From Deltaproteobacteria bacterium (GTDB taxonomy: Bacteria; Desulfobacterota; JAFDED01): a DNA stretch of 64,000 nucleotides. The position numbers and the translations under genes are program-made. The notes beneath the pieces are model-generated. The model searched no databases, was not told the DNA's origin, and saw only the letters and a program-made list of their open reading frames with translations. Position 1 is the first letter of the stretch, and each line of letters opens with the position of its first letter. This document shows, piece by piece, positions 36,790 to 44,294 of this stretch. The stretch covers positions 65,621 to 129,620 of the forward strand of contig JAFDED010000009.1 of the NCBI GenBank assembly GCA_019310535.1. The letters are read 5' to 3'.

Positions 36790-37836
36790 CTAATAGCACA
36801 TAGTTGCCTCCGGCCAAAAATTGTGAATCACGTTCAAAATAGAACTTCTGGCATCCGGAGTAAAATAGGGCTCAGGACAAATTGCAACCCCATTTTGGTA
36901 CAGAGAAAAATGGACATGGGATCCTTCATTGGTGGTGTAAAGATTTCCGATAATATCCCCTTGAGAAACAATCTGCCCCAAAGATACAAACATGTTGTCA
37001 AGTTGGGTTTGCCCGTCCGCCTGATCATCAGACATAGGCTCAAAGGCGTAACTAGCTGAATAGATTGAGTTGTATGTAATCCAGACATTCACCTGCCAGT
37101 TTAAGGTGCCGGGGAGCTGCCATAGTCTGATTTCATCCACTACTCCTGAAGAAACAGCCTGAAAGGGTTTAAGGTTCCCATTCGGGGAAAAATCAACGCC
37201 GTTATGTGCAAAGCCCCAGGGAGCGCTGTCATCGGAACTGAAAGCCTGATAAATAGTTGCCATATCAGATTCATTTACATAGGGGGTTATCATGGAAATG
37301 GCTTCTTCTACAGTTATGAAAGAAGTTATCCAGAGGTAATAGGTCGTTGGATTGCCCGGCGGTGTGATCAAGAGACCAAGGTAGTGCGTCCCCGGAGGAA
37401 GTATTGATGTGGGGATATTGCTAAAAAGCGCCTCATTGATAGGACCGTTTACATTTTGCTTCCATGGTTCGACTCCCTGTGAGACTGTCTGAAAGGTATA
37501 GTCTGATTTCAGGAAATAGTAATTGTCCGGGTCAAATGCAGGAAAAAATAAAACCAGATAAACATCTACAGGACCTGAACATTGATTGAGGCTTACCCGG
37601 AGACTCAGGAAATATCCGCCTTCTGCCACTATGCCGACACCTATAGGTTCAGCCTGAGCGGGGTCCATGCTTGCAACCGGAGAAGCTGTGGGAGGATATG
37701 TAAAAACTTCCCGGCCGGCCGGCAGGGGTATGGCGGCAAAACTATTGGTGGCACTTGTCAGAGGACAAGCTGAAGATAGTAAAAGTGATAACATCATTGA
37801 GAAAGTCCCATATTTCTTTATTATGGAGCAGACCAT
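36790..37836 (-). CDS. Secreted M23-family metallopeptidase with a novel N-terminal domain
   Basis: Signal peptide present. The C-terminal half carries M23 motifs HNGVDF (HxxxD) and GSHVHFSLY (HxH). The N-terminal about 140 aa are homologous to the C-terminal domain of the cupredoxin at 31682-32467. Confidence 0.7.
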   Translation of the reverse strand: MVCSIIKKYGTFSMMLSLLLSSACPLTSATNSFAAIPLPAGREVFTYPPTASPVASMDPAQAEPIGVGIVAEGGYFLSLRVSLNQCSGPVDVYLVLFFPAFDPDNYYFLKSDYTFQTVSQGVEPWKQNVNGPINEALFSNIPTSILPPGTHYLGLLITPPGNPTTYYLWITSFITVEEAISMITPYVNESDMATIYQAFSSDDSAPWGFAHNGVDFSPNGNLKPFQAVSSGVVDEIRLWQLPGTLNWQVNVWITYNSIYSASYAFEPMSDDQADGQTQLDNMFVSLGQIVSQGDIIGNLYTTNEGSHVHFSLYQNGVAICPEPYFTPDARSSILNVIHNFWPEATMCY

Positions 37837-37984
37837 TGAAATTCCCCCCGTTATTTCCCGCCGGTGTCATGAAAAAAGAAGTTTCGGTGAGTTTCATGTT
37901 ATTATGATTTTTCAGTTTTTGTCAAAATAAAAAGCCGAAAAATTCTCGTACTTACTTGTAAAAATTAGCGAATATCATAGGGAA

Positions 37985-38030
37985 TCTCCCTCTCAGCCTT
38001 CAGGGGGAGAGCGGGGCATTGTGGAGGGGC
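37985..38030 (+). repeat. C/G-tract element (TCTCCCTCTCAGCCTTCAGGGGGAGAGCGGGGCATTGTGGAGGGGC)
   Basis: Shares the CTCCC...GGGGGAGAG..CGGGG...GAGGGG layout with 36707-36750. Confidence 0.65.
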
Positions 38031-38110
38031 GCAGGTATGTATGGTGGGCTGCTGTTGCCCATCTTGCACTGCTGATTGATAAATTTGCAATAGGATTATC
38101 CTGTCAGGTC

Positions 38111-38222
38111 GGCAAATAAACTTTAATCCGGGCCGCCCCAACAGCATCCTTCATCTATTATTGGCGGCAATTTGACTGTAATATCGTTGGTCAATCTGTT
38201 GCTGATCAAAGTGGATAATTCT
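38111..38222 (+). repeat. Modular intergenic repeat B, long copy
   Basis: 38141-38222 aligns with the reverse complement of 47821-47905, with about 8 substitutions and one 1-nt indel by eye. The 5' part resembles the family A hairpin. Confidence 0.8.
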
Positions 38223-38262
38223 GATTTGCAATGATTATCTTGCTCTTTTCATTATACCCGTG

Positions 38263-39330
38263 TTACCGCACAAACCAGTTAGTGCAAGCCTCCTCCAGGG
38301 AAACCTTCCTTTTCAGCATGCCCGCTTCAAGCATCAGCTTCATTGTCAACTCCGCGCCGTCTTCTGTCAACAGCAAGTCCTCGGGCAAAAGCGGCAGGGT
38401 GTTGATCATGGCCCGCCTCAGGGCCGCCTCGGGGATTCGGGGCCAGAGCCTTTGTGCTATGGAGAAGGTATGCTCCTGTTGCTTTCGCATCAGGACAAAG
38501 CTCGCCCGCAACGCCCGCAGGAACTTCCCGGGCATCTCAGGATAGGCTTTCACCGAGTCCTCATACATGGAGACCACCAGGTAGAGAGGGGCGGGTTCCC
38601 CGGGCTCGTACCTTTCGGGCCAGACGATACGGCCCGCGCGCCTGTCCTGTATCATCTCAGCGGCAGGAGACCGGGCCGCAAGGTACTGTACGGCCCCGGA
38701 TTTCAGTGCGGCCATGCCGTCAATGCCGGGGCCGACGTCGATGATCTCAAAATCTTTCCGCGCGTCCAGGCCCGCCCGTCCGGCCATCCACCGGACCCAC
38801 TGGGCCCGCAGCATATCGGAGCCATCAACACCGATGCGCATCCCCCGCAACAGCGCAAACTTTTTTGCCCCGCGGAGCCGCCGGGACAACCATGCTTGCA
38901 CCAGGGCAGGGTCCCGCGTCATAATCCGGAGCCCCGGTCCCTCCATACCCTTCGCTATGGCCAGCAGCGGCTCTTCTCTCTCCCTGGCCAAGAGGACCTG
39001 CTGGAAATCGTGGACACCGAAGAGACCCCGCCCCCGGATCACCGCGCGGGCGGCCTTCTCACCGCTGTCAGCTACCAACAACTGGGCATCCAGTCCATGC
39101 TGGCCCAGCAGTCCCATGGCCGCAGCCAGTTGGACGTAGCCGTGGAAGAGGTCGTCCGGGCCCAGCGCGATCTTGACGCTTTTGCGCTCTAAAAACAGCG
39201 GCCCGGCGCCCAGCCCGGAGGAGGCCAGGAGAAAAACAGCGGCAATGGCCGGCACCAGTGTCCTTTTTCGTCCCGCCATGCGCATGCTCATTTTACGTCC
39301 ACCGTCATGAAAGAATTGCTCATTTTGCAT
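38263..39330 (-). CDS. Periplasmic substrate-binding protein, NMT1/THI5-like (ABC-type nitrate/sulfonate/bicarbonate class)
   Basis: 355 aa with signal-like AIAAVFLLASSGLGA. General two-lobe SBP pattern. The ATG lies 2 nt after the stop of the upstream gene. No cognate permease or ATPase in the window. Confidence 0.55.
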   Translation of the reverse strand: MQNEQFFHDGGRKMSMRMAGRKRTLVPAIAAVFLLASSGLGAGPLFLERKSVKIALGPDDLFHGYVQLAAAMGLLGQHGLDAQLLVADSGEKAARAVIRGRGLFGVHDFQQVLLAREREEPLLAIAKGMEGPGLRIMTRDPALVQAWLSRRLRGAKKFALLRGMRIGVDGSDMLRAQWVRWMAGRAGLDARKDFEIIDVGPGIDGMAALKSGAVQYLAARSPAAEMIQDRRAGRIVWPERYEPGEPAPLYLVVSMYEDSVKAYPEMPGKFLRALRASFVLMRKQQEHTFSIAQRLWPRIPEAALRRAMINTLPLLPEDLLLTEDGAELTMKLMLEAGMLKRKVSLEEACTNWFVR

Positions 39331-39332
39331 TG

Positions 39333-40406
39333 CTAATTGATAATTTTAGTATTTGAAATTACCGGCGGGCTTACATTTCTTTCCCGATAGAAAAACTGGC
39401 GGTAAAAGATAAAGCTGATCAGCACGGGAAGAATATAGAACGAGAGGCGATAGACGGCCACCGCCACCAGGGCGCGCTCAAATGGCACCCCCAGCGCAAA
39501 GTAAACCCCGGCCACGGAGCCTTCCACAAGCCCCAGGCCGGCGGGGGTGAACGAGAAGATTGTCATGAACACCGCTACGGAAAAACCCACCAGCAGTATG
39601 ATGAAGTTGATGCTATAGTTCACGCATTTAAAGGAGCCCCACAGGCACAGGATCATGGACGCCCAGTCCAGAACGGCACACAGGGCTGGCATGATCAGCT
39701 TTCTGTTGTCGGTGAAGATCATCCTCATGCCGGCGTCGAACTGGCGATAGAATTCGCGGGCCTTGGCCTCCGACACCACGCGCCTGCCCCTCAACTTCCG
39801 GTTGATAAAGGCCAGCACGCGCATGCCTAGAAGAAACAGTCTGTGGCGGAACTCTCCGCTAAGCATGATTTGAACAGTGACCCATGTGAGTAAGAATGCC
39901 AGCGCCAGGATCAACACGGCCGCAATCATCTGAGCCCATGTCATCCCCGTATGCATCAGAATGTATATGAACCCCGCATAAACCAGGAGCACCAGGACCG
40001 TGTTGGTCATAAACCCATGCACGATGGAAATGGACAGCGTCTGGCTGGGCGAAATCCTCTGACGCGCCAGCAGATACACTTTGAGGGCTATTCCGCTTAA
40101 ACCGCCCAGTGACATGATATAGTTGACCGTAGTAGAAACGAACGAAATTTCGAATATAGTCCGGAAAGGCAGTGAGCACCCGATGATGCGGAGGATGGAA
40201 CCCATCACCGCGGCAACGAACAGATAGCTCGCCGCTGAGAAGGCCAGAGAGAGGATGGCCCATGCCGGTTCTATCTGGGAAAGAACGACCATCAGCCGCT
40301 TCCAGTCGGCGCGGGTAAAGACGATCACTGCAATGGCCAGACCCGCGAGGAACGCGTACAGGAGTTTCCGGTTTTGTCGCTTTGGAATCTCCAATTCATA
40401 TGCCAT
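39333..40406 (-). CDS. UPF0104 / lysylphosphatidylglycerol-synthase-TM-region-like (flippase-like) membrane protein
   Basis: Polytopic. The N-terminal region KLLYAFLAGLAIAVIVFTRADWKRL...AWAILSL is typical of UPF0104. The ATG at 40406 has GAGAGGTGGA upstream. Confidence 0.6.
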   Translation of the reverse strand: MAYELEIPKRQNRKLLYAFLAGLAIAVIVFTRADWKRLMVVLSQIEPAWAILSLAFSAASYLFVAAVMGSILRIIGCSLPFRTIFEISFVSTTVNYIMSLGGLSGIALKVYLLARQRISPSQTLSISIVHGFMTNTVLVLLVYAGFIYILMHTGMTWAQMIAAVLILALAFLLTWVTVQIMLSGEFRHRLFLLGMRVLAFINRKLRGRRVVSEAKAREFYRQFDAGMRMIFTDNRKLIMPALCAVLDWASMILCLWGSFKCVNYSINFIILLVGFSVAVFMTIFSFTPAGLGLVEGSVAGVYFALGVPFERALVAVAVYRLSFYILPVLISFIFYRQFFYRERNVSPPVISNTKIIN

Positions 40407-40597
40407 CGAATATATCCACCTCTCGAGGGACATAGTATACCATACATGGTGTGCTTGATACTAGAAAAGTTTCGGAATGGTGGAATTTAACCATTGCTTT
40501 TGCCCCAATGTTTTGTATATACTCATTTTTTACATTTCATCCATTCCCTGCATTGTGGAGAGCATTGTGGAGAACTTGATGACAGGAGGTAGCATTT

Positions 40598-42358
40598 ATG
40601 ACAATGACGTCGCGAGAGAGAGTGTTGACCGCCCTTGCACGCCGGGAGCCTGACCGCGTTCCCTGGGTGGAGAATAACGTCTCCAACGATGTTGCACGAG
40701 CCATTCTGAAGAGAGACGACTTCATCCACACCGGATACACCCAGCTTCCCGGGAGGCCTGGGGTTCTGCGGGTACCGCCGGAAGTCTGCCGGGTGCTGCC
40801 CCTGGACTCCTTCAGCATCGACTTCAGTCCGCCGCGCTATGTGGTGACAAAGGCCATGCAGACGGAGGCATCCCAACACGATGTGGCGGTGGAGGGCAGA
40901 ATAAAGACCCGGGAAGACTTGAAAATAATTGATTTTCCCGATCCGGATGACGAGGACCTCTACAGGACTGTGGGAGAGATGCTTGAGCGCTTCGGCGGAG
41001 ACCTGTGCCGCGTGATGTCCGTGCGCGCCGGAGTCAGCAGCACCTACCTCAGCATGGGCATTTCCCATTTCATGGTCAGCCTCGTGGAGGAGCCGGACTT
41101 GGTGGAGGAACTCCTGAACCGCTATGCGGACTGGTGCCTCCGGGCGATCCGGAACCTCCAGGAATTGCCCTTCGACTTGGTCTGGCTGCCCGAGGACCTG
41201 GCCTTCGGCCACGGCCCCATGATGTCGCCGACCCAGTTCCGCGACATAATTCTCCCCGTCATGCGGCGCGTTACCTCCGAGATCCGCAAGCCCTGGGTCT
41301 TCCACTCCGACGGCAACCTCATGCCCATCCTGGATGACCTCCTGTCTCTGGGCATGGACGGACTGGCCAACATTGAGCCGGGACCCATGGACATCGAGGC
41401 GCTGAAGCGGGACTACGGCAGCCGCATCTGCCTGGTGGGCAACATCGACCTCCATTATACGCTCACCCGCGGGACCCCCGAGGAGACCATGGATGAAGTG
41501 CGGCGCCGGATCGCGGCATGCGGACCCGGGGGCGGGTACATTCTGGCCTCCGCCAACAGCCTGGCTCCTTACGTAAAGCCGGAGAACGTCAAGGCCATGG
41601 GAGAGGCGCTTCTGCGCTACGGGCGATATCCGCTGGAGGAAGCCCCCGCCGTATCTCCGCGGTCCGCAGAGCATGTCAAGCCCGCAGAGGAGCAGCCCAT
41701 TGACGTCTCATTTCCCGTCCTCTACGATGCCATCCTTCAGGGACTGGGGGCCCTGGCGGAGGGAGAAGCGCGCAGGATCATGTCCGGTGAAGGAAAAGCG
41801 GAGGACGTGGTGGAGCGCGGCCTCATCCCCGCCATGGAAGAGATCGGCCGCCGCTTCGAGGCCGGCCTCGTCTACCTGCCGGAGATGATAATGGCCGCCA
41901 AGGCCGCCCACCGCGTCCTTGGGGTCCTGCATCCCTACTTCGCCAGAACCGGGGAGAGGAGAGAAATCAGCGTGGTTCTGGGCACGGTCAAGGATGATGT
42001 GCACGACATCGGCAAAAACATCGTCTCCACCGTCCTGGAGGGAGCCGGGTTCCGCGTGGTGGACCTGGGGACCGATGTTTCGGCGGAGCGGTTCATCAAC
42101 GCCGTGAAGGACTCCGGGGCGGTTGCCGTGGGAATATCCTCCCTTCTGAGCACCACCCTGTCCCGGATGGAGGAGACCGTGCAGAAAATACGGGAGAACT
42201 TCCCGGCTCAACCGCCGCTGATCCTGGTGGGAGGGGCGCCCGTGACGGATGAGTTCGCACGGGCCATCGGCGCTGATTTCCGGGGCGTGAGCGGATCGGA
42301 CGCGGTGGCCTTTCTCCGCGGGCAACTGGCTCGCTCCCGGGCTGCCGGTGAATCCTGA
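40598..42358 (+). CDS. Fusion of a URO-D-family (MtaA/CmuA-like) methyltransferase with a cobalamin-binding domain
   Basis: The N-terminal about 350 aa are URO-D-like (DRVPW, HSDGN, GNIDL, GGGYILAS). The C-terminal about 210 aa hold a B12-binding cap plus DVHDIGKNIV (DxHxxG), SSLLSTT and LVGGAP. AGGAGG lies 8 nt before the ATG. Confidence 0.8.
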   Translation: MTMTSRERVLTALARREPDRVPWVENNVSNDVARAILKRDDFIHTGYTQLPGRPGVLRVPPEVCRVLPLDSFSIDFSPPRYVVTKAMQTEASQHDVAVEGRIKTREDLKIIDFPDPDDEDLYRTVGEMLERFGGDLCRVMSVRAGVSSTYLSMGISHFMVSLVEEPDLVEELLNRYADWCLRAIRNLQELPFDLVWLPEDLAFGHGPMMSPTQFRDIILPVMRRVTSEIRKPWVFHSDGNLMPILDDLLSLGMDGLANIEPGPMDIEALKRDYGSRICLVGNIDLHYTLTRGTPEETMDEVRRRIAACGPGGGYILASANSLAPYVKPENVKAMGEALLRYGRYPLEEAPAVSPRSAEHVKPAEEQPIDVSFPVLYDAILQGLGALAEGEARRIMSGEGKAEDVVERGLIPAMEEIGRRFEAGLVYLPEMIMAAKAAHRVLGVLHPYFARTGERREISVVLGTVKDDVHDIGKNIVSTVLEGAGFRVVDLGTDVSAERFINAVKDSGAVAVGISSLLSTTLSRMEETVQKIRENFPAQPPLILVGGAPVTDEFARAIGADFRGVSGSDAVAFLRGQLARSRAAGES

Positions 42359-43598
42359 CGAAGGAATTTCGAAATTTCTCCTCTAGAATGCCGTCCATGG
42401 CGATTTGAATATGGATTTCCCTGCCGAACCGCAGGTCCGTTCCCCTGTCCTCAAGCCTTTGCAGGGCCTCCTGCCGCAGGGCGGAGAGCTGCTCGGGCGA
42501 TAGCCGCGCCCGCAGGGCCTCCAGCCGCGTTCGGCGTTCTTGCTGCGCCCTGAGCTCGCGCTCCCGCTCCTCCGCCTCCCGCTTTTTCTTCTCCGCCGCG
42601 GCGGTTTCCTCCCGCGCACGGGCAATGAGGGGAGGCTCGGGGTAGTCCTCCTCTATGGCGCGGCGCAGGTATCCCGCGGGGTTGCAGGTGATAAGATGAC
42701 TGTGGGCCTCCTGCAGGGCGTCGAATACGCGCAGTTGTTTCCGCACGCGCTCCGGTCCGTACCGGGCGACCAGCTCCCGGGCTGCCAGGCGGGAGATGCC
42801 CCTCCCTGCCAGCTCCTCGGACAACATGGAATTATCACGCTCACTTGCACCCGCAGGCATCACCTGCTTGCTCTCCCCTGGGAGGGGAACACCATCAGCA
42901 GGCCCGGCCGGGTTTAGTTCTTGTCGTGGAGAAAAAGAAACATCATCAATGCCGGGAGAGGAGGGGGCCTTGTGTGACGAGTTCACCTGGGCGGCTTCCC
43001 GCAGGGTTGTGTTTTGTTGATGTTCTTTTTTTCTGGTAACTATATTTTGTATGCGTATGGTTTGACAGGGGGAGGATGTCGGAATTGACGGGGGGGAGGC
43101 GTCGGCCGGGAGAGCGTCCTGTTCGGGCCGGGCGGATGGCGGCCGGTCATTGTCATATCCACCGGTGTTTTGCCTCTCCATGCGCGTATCCCGCGCCGGC
43201 GGGAGTGAGGGTAGTACCATGGTATATTTATTGGCCATGCGCCCGTTGCGGTGGTCCCAGCAGGCCTCCACCCGGATGAGGCCCCGACGTTCAAGCATCC
43301 GCAGGGCGCGCTGGATGGAGCGCTGCCCCAGGCCCACACCCTTGTCCAGGCGCTTGCCTTCCCTGGTCTGGAGACCGTCTGTCATCTGGGAGAGGGAAAC
43401 CGAGTCGGCCTGCCTGCCGAAGCCCAGGGTGCGCCTGATAAGGTAGAGAAACACCTTGACCTCAGCGCCGGACAGCTCCGGGAACTCGCTGTCGAAAAGC
43501 ACGTTGGGCACGCGCGTAAACCCGCCGTCGAGGCGTGTGGTGCTGTTGGTCCGGCCGGTGTTCCGACTACGTCCGTGAGGGGCTGTGCTCTGTTCCAT
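42096..43598 (-). CDS. wHTH replication-initiator-like protein (Rep/DnaD-like N-domain), function uncertain
   Basis: N-terminal FTRVPNVLFDS...AEVKVFLYLIRRTLGFG...SIQRALRMLERRGLI is wHTH-like. A C-terminal NPAGYLRRAIEEDYPEPP motif is followed by a Glu/Arg coiled coil. The last about 87 codons are antisense to the 40598-42358 gene. Confidence 0.45.
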   Translation of the reverse strand: MEQSTAPHGRSRNTGRTNSTTRLDGGFTRVPNVLFDSEFPELSGAEVKVFLYLIRRTLGFGRQADSVSLSQMTDGLQTREGKRLDKGVGLGQRSIQRALRMLERRGLIRVEACWDHRNGRMANKYTMVLPSLPPARDTRMERQNTGGYDNDRPPSARPEQDALPADASPPSIPTSSPCQTIRIQNIVTRKKEHQQNTTLREAAQVNSSHKAPSSPGIDDVSFSPRQELNPAGPADGVPLPGESKQVMPAGASERDNSMLSEELAGRGISRLAARELVARYGPERVRKQLRVFDALQEAHSHLITCNPAGYLRRAIEEDYPEPPLIARAREETAAAEKKKREAEERERELRAQQERRTRLEALRARLSPEQLSALRQEALQRLEDRGTDLRFGREIHIQIAMDGILEEKFRNSFVRIHRQPGSEPVARGERPPRPIRSRPGNQRRWPVRTHPSRAPLPPGSAAVEPGSSPVFSARSPPSGTGWCSEGRIFPRQPPRSPSRR

Positions 43599-43703
43599 GT
43601 GCCCTATTATGGGACCACTACAGGCCGAAAAGCAATGGTCCAATTTTCCCCCATTTTCCCTCCATTTCCCCCAGAGTAAAAAAAAATTTTCACGGTGCAG
43701 GCC

Positions 43704-43725
43704 GGGGCGGGTCGCGAACCGCCCC
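43704..43725. repeat. GC-rich palindrome, TCGCGA-centred family (GGGGCGGGTCGCGAACCGCCCC)
   Basis: 7-bp G/C arms around GTCGCGAA. Intergenic. Confidence 0.8.
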
Positions 43726-43991
43726 TGAAGCAACGCCGCATCATTATTTCATTTGCTTCCGAAATACCGGAAGTTTTTTCCGATATCCTGGTCCCCAGAT
43801 CGGCGCATACGAGTCGTCCAACCAGGGTAATATCCTTTTAACAGCATATTATATCAACCGGCCTTCGCGGGTTACCAGGATGGCACGCTGTTCGCATTCT
43901 TTTAATCTTTAAGGAATACTGTAATGCGATTATAGTCCCTGGCGTGAAAATGTACTCCGGAGGGGAGCCATGAACAAAGGGGCCGCATGTA

Positions 43992-44030
43992 CCCCTGTTT
44001 ACCTTAACCGGTAAAACGGGGGTTTTTTTA
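43992..44030 (+). terminator. Rho-independent terminator-like hairpin plus T7 run
   Basis: CCCCTGTTTACC-TTAACC-GGTAAAACGGGG is followed by G and TTTTTTT. It overlaps the stop of a 14-codon mini-ORF (43970-44014) that has a GGAGGGGA SD. Confidence 0.55.
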
Positions 44031-44294
44031 TTTCTGGAAACACAGGACATATTCATCGGAAGTTGCAACAATAATAATCAAAAGTAATAATATACCTGGG
44101 TATCGCATAGAAATATGAGTTGAATGATAAAATTTGGGTTGCAATTTCCGCCTGAAGATTGTTAATAATAATTATTAATAAGGATATGTCTCTTGTTCAC
44201 GAATCATCTCCGCTTCAGTAGGGAGGTAGACCGCAGCCGTGGATGAAAGGGGCGGTTTGCGAGCCGACCTGCACATTATCAGGAGAATGAAAAC

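Noticed and set aside
40434-40597. Looked for a cobalamin riboswitch upstream of the B12-binding fusion gene.
   Set aside because: I could not see a B12-box-like conserved core or a suitable multi-stem structure. The region is AT-rich promoter-like sequence. A covariance-model scan would be needed to be sure.
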